A DNA stretch of 46,543 nucleotides from a virus. Below the pieces are notes generated by a model that saw only the letters and a program-made list of their open reading frames with translations, was not told the DNA's origin and did no database searches. The stretch covers positions 1 to 46,543 of IMG/VR virus record IMGVR_UViG_3300009702_000003. One strand, 5' to 3'. Made by a program: the position numbers and the translations under genes. Shown piece after piece: positions 15,115 through 21,884 of this stretch (its first letter is position 1; each line of letters opens with the position of its first letter).

Positions 15115-15564
15115 ATGAAACAAAATGAAAGGCCAGAACGTGTTATCTTCTTAGGTGTTACAGGGGTTCTACACACTGACAGATCATACCAAAAGAGAGA
15201 AAGATCAGGAATTATAAAACCCAAATTAGTAAACTTACTGGACGAGCTAGTTACAAGAACAGGAGCTAAGATAGTCTTAACATCTTTTTGGCGGAACTCA
15301 GATATGCTAATCAACACTCTAAAGTCTGCAGGAGTACAAATTGATGACATGATTGGTGTAAGGTTCAATACACTAATTAGAACTAAACAAGACTGGATAT
15401 TGGAGTGGCTGTACGTACACCCAGGCACAACATGCCCTGTGGTTCTAGATGCAAATATAATCAGTAAGCCAGAATATCCATACCAAGTAGTACATGTAGA
15501 CAAAAATGTAGGACTAACCCAGGAAAACATAGAAGAAGCAGAACAACTACTAACAAATGAGTAG
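15115..15564 (+). CDS. HAD-like (HAD_SAK-type) protein with a degenerate catalytic motif
   Basis: VIFLGVTGVL...KIVLTSFWR...DWILEWL...VVLDAN...GLTQENIEEAEQLL follows the pattern of the small phage HAD family (IFLDIDGVL...IVLSSSWR...WL...ILDD...GLT). The DxD nucleophile position reads GVT. Confidence 0.55.
   Translation: MKQNERPERVIFLGVTGVLHTDRSYQKRERSGIIKPKLVNLLDELVTRTGAKIVLTSFWRNSDMLINTLKSAGVQIDDMIGVRFNTLIRTKQDWILEWLYVHPGTTCPVVLDANIISKPEYPYQVVHVDKNVGLTQENIEEAEQLLTNE
15545..15564 (+). repeat. 20-nt gene-boundary direct repeat, copy 1 (AACTACTAACAAATGAGTAG)
   Basis: Identical 20-mer at 15795..15814. It encodes the C-terminal LLTNE* of the upstream gene and contains the ATG of the next gene. 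Confidence 0.9.
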
Positions 15565-15814
15565 GATATCCAAAATGTATGTTGTCATCGGTGAAGACTG
15601 GGTTGGCAAAGAAGATATAGTCTATACACATAATGAGATGGTAGCAAAGAAAATAGTCAAAGAAATCACTGAAAGAATAAACAGAGGGTACCAACATTAT
15701 CCCTGCTACTTCTCTAATGTGTCCTACAGACCAGTAAAGAAACCTATTATTTGTGATACTATAAAAGACATTACAGACTTCTTTGGCTGGAAAAAACTAC
15801 TAACAAATGAGTAG
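15557..15814 (+). CDS. Hypothetical protein (85 aa) bracketed by the 20-nt boundary repeats
   Basis: It starts at the ATG inside repeat copy 1 and ends LLTNE* inside copy 2. Confidence 0.6.
   Translation: MSRISKMYVVIGEDWVGKEDIVYTHNEMVAKKIVKEITERINRGYQHYPCYFSNVSYRPVKKPIICDTIKDITDFFGWKKLLTNE
15795..15814 (+). repeat. 20-nt gene-boundary direct repeat, copy 2
   Basis: Identical to 15545..15564. Here the embedded ATG opens only a 5-codon ORF (MSRVR*) before the real ATG at 15821. Confidence 0.9.
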
Positions 15815-15820
15815 AGTCAG

Positions 15821-16165
15821 ATGACAACTGATAGGGAAAGAGCATGGGAGGAATTTCATACTATTGTCTGTCCAATAAATGAAAGCATTGCAGGCAACTA
15901 TACAGACCAAAATGATCTATCAGTTTGGATTACTAAGCCTCTAACGCCAGTAGAAATAGATAAGAAAATCCTAGCTGCAGCTCAGAGAGCATTTGATTAC
16001 TACTACCCAAAGATTGCTAAACGCAATGCACAGATCGAAGAACGCGATGCCGAGATCCGCAGTCTGAAACAACCAAGGATCAAGATGATAAATAGCTATG
16101 AGTCAGACCTGCACAAACGTGATGCTATCATTGCTACTTTAAAGAAACTAAGGGTGAAGTCATGA
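15821..16165 (+). CDS. Hypothetical coiled-coil protein (114 aa)
   Basis: The ORF has a C-terminal heptad-like region (NAQIEERDAEIRSLK...). It ends in an ATGA overlap with the next gene. Confidence 0.65.
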   Translation: MTTDRERAWEEFHTIVCPINESIAGNYTDQNDLSVWITKPLTPVEIDKKILAAAQRAFDYYYPKIAKRNAQIEERDAEIRSLKQPRIKMINSYESDLHKRDAIIATLKKLRVKS

Positions 16166-17178
16166 GATTTAGAAAGAAACCAATTGTGATAGAAGCTATT
16201 CAGTGGACCGGTGGAAACTGGTCCGAGATAGACGGATTCACTCAAGGCTGGGCCAGGTTGTGTGTCAACAACGGGCTTGTTATTGACACGATCGGAGGCT
16301 CCCTCCACGTAGCCCCTGGAGACTGGATCGTTCGTGGGGTCGTTGGAGAGTTCTATCCGTGCAGTCCCGACATCTTCGATGCGACCTATGAACCTTGTGG
16401 CGGACCTGGAGGTGTAATCGTGAGTGAGCCCATTCTCGGCCATGGGGTAAACGATGGCGGTGAGTTCTACGAAGTAACCGAAGGCGACCAGGGTGGTCAG
16501 GGGGCAAGGCATTTGGACGACCCTGGTCAAGGAGCGGGCAGCGAGCCCCCGGCTGCCCCGCCTTCGGTTGAGTTGACCTCGGCCGGCGAGCGTCCAACCC
16601 TGGTTATTGCCGAGGACGACCTGAGCGTTAGCGCCTCGGACCACCTAGAGCTAGAGGCCAAGCTGCGGGAGACCGAAGCGGCTCTAGACACCATGACCTC
16701 GGAACGCAACGTGTGGCGAGAGTCACACGATGAAGCCTGCCCTAACCTGGGCGAGACAATCGACCTACGCGAGACGTTGGCCGAGCGTGATGCCGAGATT
16801 GAACGACTGCTGAAGGTGGAGAAGATCAAGCTCCAGCAACAGGCGCCGCAACGAGGGGTTCGCCACGGCGCTCAAAAGGCTGTCTGTGGACCCGGCGTGT
16901 CAAGCCGAGATCAACAGGCTAGAAGCCAAGATCGAGCGCCTACAGCACGATCTGGAGGAACAATGAATGCAGTAGTAGGTCGAGCAGTCACTTGCCGTGT
17001 TTGCGGGCTTAGGAAAAAGCCCTGGGGTCGCTCCGCACCGCTCGCGATGGCGAACAGCCTGTGCGACCGGGAGTGTCCGGGGTGGTTACTGCCTCCGCAT
17101 GCAGGAGACCTTTGGCCCGGCGAGACCGCCGAGGAATTTGGCTACCCCTGTGCTGGACCAGACTGCGAAGCAAACTAA
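16162..17178 (+). CDS. Composite G+C-rich ORF: small conserved phage N-domain, acidic/coiled-coil region, and an apparently frameshift-fused Cys-rich C-terminus
   Basis: The N-terminus (MRFRKKPIVIEAIQW...GDWIVRGVVGEFYPCSPDIFDATYEP) matches a small stand-alone phage protein family as I recall it. From about 16845 the residues look out-of-frame (APQRGVRHGAQKAVCGPGVSSRDQQARSQDRAPTARSGG), while the +1 frame reads a plausible coiled coil ending at the TGA at 16964..16966. Confidence 0.55.
   Translation: MRFRKKPIVIEAIQWTGGNWSEIDGFTQGWARLCVNNGLVIDTIGGSLHVAPGDWIVRGVVGEFYPCSPDIFDATYEPCGGPGGVIVSEPILGHGVNDGGEFYEVTEGDQGGQGARHLDDPGQGAGSEPPAAPPSVELTSAGERPTLVIAEDDLSVSASDHLELEAKLRETEAALDTMTSERNVWRESHDEACPNLGETIDLRETLAERDAEIERLLKVEKIKLQQQAPQRGVRHGAQKAVCGPGVSSRDQQARSQDRAPTARSGGTMNAVVGRAVTCRVCGLRKKPWGRSAPLAMANSLCDRECPGWLLPPHAGDLWPGETAEEFGYPCAGPDCEAN
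16963..17178 (+). CDS. Possible originally separate Cys-rich small gene (71 aa) now in frame with the upstream ORF
   Basis: The ATG at 16963 overlaps the TGA at 16964..16966 of the alternative frame, which is the classic ATGA gene junction. Translation: MNAVVGRAVTCRVCGLRKKPW...CDRECPGW...YPCAGPDCEAN. Confidence 0.4.
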   Translation: MNAVVGRAVTCRVCGLRKKPWGRSAPLAMANSLCDRECPGWLLPPHAGDLWPGETAEEFGYPCAGPDCEAN

Positions 17179-17227
17179 CTCACTTGCAAAAAGTTATGCA
17201 TCAAGTTACCTTTTGCTAACACTATCC

Positions 17228-17256
17228 TTGACAAACCTAACAAGATATGCTACACT
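17228..17256 (+). promoter_or_regulatory. Sigma70-type promoter TTGACA-N17-TACACT with a TGC extended -10
   Basis: TTGACA is at 17228..17233 and TACACT at 17251..17256, with TGC directly upstream of the -10. It lies in the 293-nt gap after 17178. Confidence 0.6.
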
Positions 17257-17257
17257 A

Positions 17258-17288
17258 GTCCAATCCTGTTAAGGTGACAGGATTGGAC
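17258..17288. promoter_or_regulatory. Perfect 12-bp inverted repeat overlapping the predicted start site (operator-like)
   Basis: GTCCAATCCTGT-TAAGGTG-ACAGGATTGGAC. It begins 2 nt after the -10 hexamer and contains the TGACAGGA 8-mer (17275..17282). Confidence 0.6.
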
Positions 17289-17450
17289 CTCATATATTGG
17301 GCGTAAATATTGACAACGAGTTTCCTGGTATAGCCTTTTCAGTATTAGTGAACAGTTTGTACACTGTGTTGATCTAGTACTTTGAGAGGCTATACCAGGC
17401 CGGGGGCATTTGGGGGAGAGCAACTGTCATGGTTGCTCTCCTCTTTTATT
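17263..17450 (+). ncRNA. Candidate structured leader (attenuator/riboswitch-like) or about 185-nt sRNA
   Basis: A promoter at 17228..17256 and an intrinsic terminator at 17415..17450 have no ORF between them. Internal pairings are CCTGGTATAGCC (17324..17335) with GGCTATACCAGG (17388..17399), and ACAGT (17352..17356) with ACTGT (17363..17367). Confidence 0.3.
17415..17450 (+). terminator. Rho-independent terminator 22 nt upstream of the deaminase start codon
   Basis: GGAGAGCAAC (17415..17424) pairs with GTTGCTCTCC (17432..17441) across a 7-nt loop, followed by TCTTTTATT. Confidence 0.7.
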
Positions 17451-17471
17451 CCAATACAAAGGAATTATCAC

Positions 17472-17882
17472 ATGACTTCTTTTAGAGCAGGAACTGATAG
17501 AACAGGGGTCCACTTGTTCTGGCTTGACAAGATGTTTGAGCTAGCACAAAATGTACACCAGGTTCAATCTGCCAGATTAGCAGCAGGATTGGTTTACAAG
17601 AATCATCTCATTGCTGTAGGGATCAACCAAAGAAAGTCACACCCACTGCAGGCCAAGTATTCTAAAAATGAAAGCTCTATTTTCTTACATGCTGAAATCT
17701 CCTGCTTAGTTAGTGCACAAGGTTTGGCCAAAGAATACTTCCCTAAGTCTATTATGTACATCAGCAGGGCTAAGTACGACCTAGACAAACAAGGTGATAT
17801 CAAGGCTCTAGCAAAACCCTGTGCAGGCTGTGAAAAAGCATTGCAAGACTTTAGGATAGGCAAGGTTATCTGGACTGTATGA
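17472..17882 (+). CDS. Cytidine/deoxycytidylate deaminase family enzyme (dCMP deaminase-like)
   Basis: The zinc-binding motifs are FLHAEISCL (HAE) and KPCAGCEKAL (PCxxC). The ATG at 17472 is preceded by AAGGA 8 nt upstream. The listed TTG start at 17382 lies inside the leader structure. Confidence 0.85.
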   Translation: MTSFRAGTDRTGVHLFWLDKMFELAQNVHQVQSARLAAGLVYKNHLIAVGINQRKSHPLQAKYSKNESSIFLHAEISCLVSAQGLAKEYFPKSIMYISRAKYDLDKQGDIKALAKPCAGCEKALQDFRIGKVIWTV

Positions 17883-18220
17883 CCCCACAACAGAGAAGTA
17901 GAAAATACGTAAAAGATTTGGGAGGCATACCATGGACAGTAGAACAATGGATAGCCCCCATAAAACTGAAAAGAGACTTGTACAACCTGTTCGACTTGTT
18001 CGTCCTTTGGCCAGAGAATGGAACAGCAGAGGGTATACAGGTTACAACAGCCAGTAACAAGTCAAGTCACAAAAAGAAAATGCTAGCCAATGCTACTCTA
18101 CCCATCTGGCTAGACTGTGGCTTAAAAGCCAGCTTACATTCCTGGAAGAAAACCAAGAACAGGTGGAGACTAACAATAGACAAGCTAGAACATGAACAGG
18201 ACAATGACAGAAAAAGTTAA
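17879..18220 (+). CDS. Hypothetical protein, possibly a PD-(D/E)XK-fold nuclease/resolvase-like protein (weak)
   Basis: ATGA overlap with the deaminase gene. GGIPWTVEQW...RDLYNLFDLFVLW...GIQVTT loosely resembles a restriction-endonuclease-like core. Confidence 0.5.
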   Translation: MTPQQRSRKYVKDLGGIPWTVEQWIAPIKLKRDLYNLFDLFVLWPENGTAEGIQVTTASNKSSHKKKMLANATLPIWLDCGLKASLHSWKKTKNRWRLTIDKLEHEQDNDRKS

Positions 18221-18395
18221 AAACATGCTTAGGTTTGAAGGACCACAGAAAGAACAAGTAATACAGAATCTTCTACTACTGTTAAACCCACGGACTTGTG
18301 CAGAAGGACAGAGAAAGCTATACAGACTTGTGCACAAACCAAGCCAATGTCAAGGAGTAAAGACCCATGCACCAAAAGAAAGGTCAACTCTTTAA
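18192..18395 (+). CDS. Hypothetical small protein
   Basis: The ORF overlaps both neighbours by 29 nt each. The start is uncertain (alternative ATG at 18204). Confidence 0.35.
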   Translation: MNRTMTEKVKNMLRFEGPQKEQVIQNLLLLLNPRTCAEGQRKLYRLVHKPSQCQGVKTHAPKERSTL

Positions 18396-18837
18396 GATAA
18401 CAGTAAACACAACCTTTGAACAGATTGCTAACACTTACTTAGAAACAAGACCTTGGTATTCTGCTGAACTTATGACTGTCAAAAGACTTTCTGCTTTGAG
18501 TAAGCGAAGGCATGTTAAGAAACTGATTAATCTAAGCACTTGGGATTTTCCAACAACAGCACTTGTCTGCTTATGCCTGGGAGTTACTAACTGCTTTGAT
18601 GCTAAATCGTTATTAGATGACTATACCCTGTATAGGAAAGAAAATTCTAAGAATACTGCTTTCGGGTTTATAAAAGAAAACCTTGCTGATATTGCTGAAT
18701 ACACTATCAGCAAAACTGCACGTTATCAGTTCTTAGAAAAGATTCATCAAAAGTACAGAACTCACAGACCGTACATGTTCTCTAAAGAGAGATGGCAAAT
18801 GTTCCAAGAACTAGTAAGGATGCTCTGCAGGAGATAG
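18367..18837 (+). CDS. Hypothetical protein (156 aa)
   Basis: Clean ORF. No family recognised. Confidence 0.65.
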   Translation: MHQKKGQLFKITVNTTFEQIANTYLETRPWYSAELMTVKRLSALSKRRHVKKLINLSTWDFPTTALVCLCLGVTNCFDAKSLLDDYTLYRKENSKNTAFGFIKENLADIAEYTISKTARYQFLEKIHQKYRTHRPYMFSKERWQMFQELVRMLCRR

Positions 18838-18839
18838 CA

Positions 18840-19037
18840 ATGCCAAGACTTAAAAAAGACCAAAACATAGCTGGAGTCTTACTAGAAAAGTACAGACATA
18901 TTGACATGTGGAAGCTAGTACAGTTTCTAAACAAGAGTCAGCTAAGTAAAGCTTATGTCACACACTTGTTCAGAATTGCTAAAAAGAAAAAGAAGACTAT
19001 ACAAGTCTGCTTGAGGAGACAGCACCATGGGTGTTAA
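18840..19037 (+). CDS. Hypothetical small basic protein (65 aa)
   Basis: The ATG at 18840 is preceded by AGGAG. The upstream part of ORF 18792..19037 overlaps the previous gene. Confidence 0.5.
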   Translation: MPRLKKDQNIAGVLLEKYRHIDMWKLVQFLNKSQLSKAYVTHLFRIAKKKKKTIQVCLRRQHHGC

Positions 19038-19983
19038 AAGACAGATCAGGATTATAACAGAAGCAATAGAAATTCTAGAACAGGAGCTGTCTAGACTCAA
19101 GAAAAAGGCAGATAGGAGAGTAATACAACAAGCTATACAAGCCCTGCAAGATACTATAACAGAACTCAACGATACTAGTATCTCTTACAGGGGATCTAAT
19201 ACTGAGAGACTTACCCCAAGAGGAGACTTTCTATTTACAGGAAGGACAGATACTACCAAGTTTAGCTTAAGCTCTGCCTATGCAGCGCTGTCACGACCAG
19301 AAAAAGAATACCTTGAAGATGTTATGGCACAGAAAGAATATACCCACTGGTGGCTGGATGCAATTGGTGCTCCAAATAAGTTCTGGCCACTCAAGAAAGC
19401 TTTTGACCTCAGAAGTGGTAAGGGCCTTGAGAGACTAAAGAAGGCTTTAGAAACCCTAGTGTCAAAAGGCTTTCATCCTATTCTTACAGCTCATTACCCA
19501 GATGAGGTATCAGTAGCAGATACCATACTGGTAGAGCGTTGGAAGAACCTGTTTGGTGAGGTAGGACACTTACTCAGCTCTGTAGTCTTCATGTTAGAAC
19601 ATGATGAACACTACTCTATCAATGAAACCAATCACAGGCTAGGTCTTCTTAGATCAGTTCTTAGTCCAGAAATTCCTATCTGGGTTCATATGACACAAGG
19701 TAAGGTATTTAACTTCCCAGATGCCAGTGGAATTGCTTACCAGTACAGAACAGGCACTAGTTTAGTAGAAGCTTCTAATGAGTTGAGAAAGGTCATCTCA
19801 TTAATAGACACTTACCCTGGTTCATACAGACTATGGTCTTGTGAATACAACCAGGAGTTTGACTACAGTGGTTCGGGTAAGACTGTATTCAACAGTGGTG
19901 TAGTCCGTGGAACAAGCTTAGCAGAAATACAAAAAGAACTCATGGGTTACTATACCTATGGCTGTGGAGGTATAGACGTTTAG
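19027..19983 (+). CDS. Hypothetical protein (318 aa)
   Basis: Long clean ORF with an N-terminal coiled coil. No family recognised by eye. Confidence 0.75.
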   Translation: MGVKRQIRIITEAIEILEQELSRLKKKADRRVIQQAIQALQDTITELNDTSISYRGSNTERLTPRGDFLFTGRTDTTKFSLSSAYAALSRPEKEYLEDVMAQKEYTHWWLDAIGAPNKFWPLKKAFDLRSGKGLERLKKALETLVSKGFHPILTAHYPDEVSVADTILVERWKNLFGEVGHLLSSVVFMLEHDEHYSINETNHRLGLLRSVLSPEIPIWVHMTQGKVFNFPDASGIAYQYRTGTSLVEASNELRKVISLIDTYPGSYRLWSCEYNQEFDYSGSGKTVFNSGVVRGTSLAEIQKELMGYYTYGCGGIDV

Positions 19984-19994
19984 TATGCTATGAA

Positions 19995-20067
19995 CGGCCC
20001 GTAGCTCAATAGGTTAGAGCCCTGTTCTTATAAAGCAGAGACTCCGGTTCAAATCCGGACGGGCCTA
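19995..20067 (+). tRNA. tRNA-Ile: tRNA with anticodon UAU (Ile, reads AUA)
   Basis: A cloverleaf was folded by hand: acceptor CGGCCCG/CGGGCCT, U8, D-arm GCTC-AATAGGTTA-GAGC (A14, G18G19), anticodon arm CTGTT-CTTATAA-AGCAG (U33, TAT, A37) and T-arm TCCGG-TTCAAAT-CCGGA. The discriminator is A, followed by CC. Position 1-72 is a C-U mismatch. Confidence 0.85.
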
Positions 20068-20098
20068 CCTTTTCTTATCTCTTAAAGGACTGAAACAA

Positions 20099-20398
20099 AT
20101 GCTTAGACAAGATCTAATTGGTACTGCCAAACAATTGTTAACCTATTCTCAGTGGGATGAGGAGGTACTACGGGCACACTGGGAAAAGTATGAAAGTACC
20201 GAACAAGCAGTTAAACTAGATGTAAACTCTCTAAAAACTAAGATGGCTAGATTAGCTGTTGACTACATTGATTTAGCACTGAAGACAGCAGAGGAAGAGG
20301 AAATACTTAACAAAAGGCTGGAACACTACAGGATACTATTTGGTACTCCTATAAGGCATCTGCTTAGTACTCCCTCAGAGAGGACTAATCTAATATGA
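20099..20398 (+). CDS. Hypothetical protein (99 aa)
   Basis: Clean ORF after the tRNA. No family recognised. Confidence 0.7.
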   Translation: MLRQDLIGTAKQLLTYSQWDEEVLRAHWEKYESTEQAVKLDVNSLKTKMARLAVDYIDLALKTAEEEEILNKRLEHYRILFGTPIRHLLSTPSERTNLI

Positions 20399-20574
20399 TC
20401 CTGATAATTCTAGCACTTACTTACCTTTACATATGGGTGTATAACCTGCAAGAGGAAATCAAATACTGGAAACATGTTTGTGTAGAACTAAGAAGTAGTT
20501 TAATAACAGTACAGCTAAGGGCTAAGTTTAACACAGAAGCCATAGCTAAAGTAGAGGAAGAACTAGAGAACTAG
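20395..20574 (+). CDS. Small membrane-anchored coiled-coil protein (59 aa), below the ORF-track cutoff
   Basis: ATGA overlap with the upstream gene. Translation: MILIILALTYLYIWVYNLQEEIKYWKHVCVELRSSLITVQLRAKFNTEAIAKVEEELEN. Its TAG stop (20572..20574) overlaps the stop of the convergent gene. Confidence 0.5.
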   Translation: MILIILALTYLYIWVYNLQEEIKYWKHVCVELRSSLITVQLRAKFNTEAIAKVEEELEN

Positions 20575-20921
20575 CCTTGTGGGTCATCCTCTGGGAAGTG
20601 ATCTTCTGGGTGTGTACTAAAATGTCTGACAAAAGCTGTGACCCACCACTTGTCAGACTCTCTAAACTGGTTCGTAATAGTCTCGCCCTGCTCACCCCAG
20701 AATATTTCCTGTAGCTTCACATCTACCATGTACAAGAATGTCAGTACACCTTCTGCCCAGGACCACTTCTTAGGTAACTTCCCAGTCCACCTACCATGCC
20801 AAGGCACTGTCATCCACCGGGTTATGCCGATCAAGGGCATGATAAGAAATAGTTCTATTCTATTACCTAGCCCCCGTACTCTCTTCTGTCCAGGAAATGG
20901 TTGTCTAAAAGTGCTCTTCAT
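20571..20921 (-). CDS. Hypothetical Trp-rich protein (116 aa), last gene of the late arm
   Basis: The ORF overlaps the upstream peptidase gene by 17 nt. No family recognised. Confidence 0.55.
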   Translation of the reverse strand: MKSTFRQPFPGQKRVRGLGNRIELFLIMPLIGITRWMTVPWHGRWTGKLPKKWSWAEGVLTFLYMVDVKLQEIFWGEQGETITNQFRESDKWWVTAFVRHFSTHPEDHFPEDDPQG

Positions 20922-21426
20922 GCTTAAGCCAATCCTTGTAGTATTTCGTGCCCAAGTAATGCAGGCTTAGGTTTTCTACCAGTTGCTCAGAATGCACTTT
21001 GCCTATTGGTGTACAGTAAGCTATAAACCAATGAAATAGCTCATGAGCAACGGTCCTGTCTGTAATGTTTTGAGCAAACAGGTTTATGACCAAATTGTCT
21101 CTGTCTTTCAACTCACTATATGCCCAAACGATTATGCCATCCCCTCGCAAGGAAAATGCCTCCCGACTTGCGGGGGGAAGTGTTCTTAGCACTTTGTCCT
21201 GAAACTCTTTGTACCGGTATATCTCCAAACTAATCTTATCTGGTCCGGAACAAGACATGTCAGGATGTGCAAAGAACAGGGTTATGAATTTAGTCAGCCT
21301 GGTAGTGTCTACAGCAGTTTCATGCTGCTTAACCTGGAACTCAATTGCCTTCTCTGGAGCTTGTACAAACCCCAAAGTCGGCATGAGTATTGCCATTAGC
21401 ACTACCAGAACTAACTTTTTCAACAT
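20905..21426 (-). CDS. Secreted zinc-metallopeptidase-like protein (HExxH)
   Basis: The ATG at 21426 is preceded by AGGAG 9 nt upstream. It has a signal-peptide-like N-terminus (MLKKLVLVVLMAILMPTLGFVQA) and the motif VAHELFHW. The listed start at 21453 overlaps the hydrolase gene. Confidence 0.6.
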   Translation of the reverse strand: MLKKLVLVVLMAILMPTLGFVQAPEKAIEFQVKQHETAVDTTRLTKFITLFFAHPDMSCSGPDKISLEIYRYKEFQDKVLRTLPPASREAFSLRGDGIIVWAYSELKDRDNLVINLFAQNITDRTVAHELFHWFIAYCTPIGKVHSEQLVENLSLHYLGTKYYKDWLKHEEHF

Positions 21427-21430
21427 TGTC

Positions 21431-21874
21431 TTAGTCTCCTGGACCTGCCTCATAGTAAAATGTGTGATTACCCCAGGTTCCTCTAAATCTCATGTTAGAA
21501 GAATCTGCCCAATCTGGGTTAGCTTGTCGTATATTTAGGTAGTGTGTAGCTCCAAGAGTGGGGTCAGGAACGACGTCGAGTAAAGCACCTAGCCCTACAT
21601 ATAGGGACTTCAAAAATACAGGGTCTGTGAGGTTCAGATCTTGTATCTTCATCCTGTTTGGGTCATTCTCATTCCATACAGAGAATTGCTTTTTCTCCAT
21701 GCAAACCTTTGCTAAGCTGTCTGGCCATCTTGGGTCTTTTATCCTGTTAAGTATAACATGGGCTACTGCAGCTTGGCCAAGCTCTGGTTCTCCTCTTGCT
21801 TCTCCATATATAGTTTTAGAGTAAACAAGTAGGTCCCAGAAAGTTAGCTTAATCAGTAAGGCTAGAATGTGCAT
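21431..21874 (-). CDS. SleB-type cell-wall hydrolase (Hydrolase_2 family), probable endolysin
   Basis: YGEARGEP...AVAHVILNR...FSVWN...GATHY match the SleB/CwlJ catalytic-domain signature. The N-terminus is hydrophobic (MHILALLIKLTFWDLLVY). Confidence 0.85.
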   Translation of the reverse strand: MHILALLIKLTFWDLLVYSKTIYGEARGEPELGQAAVAHVILNRIKDPRWPDSLAKVCMEKKQFSVWNENDPNRMKIQDLNLTDPVFLKSLYVGLGALLDVVPDPTLGATHYLNIRQANPDWADSSNMRFRGTWGNHTFYYEAGPGD

Positions 21875-21884
21875 AACACATCTC

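Noticed and set aside
16096-16829. Antisense ORFs 16096..16644, 16280..16597 and 16527..16829 within the G+C-rich cassette.
   Set aside because: High-G+C DNA is stop-poor in all frames. The translations are Arg/Ser/Gly/Pro-rich, and the sense strand has a recognisable conserved N-domain.
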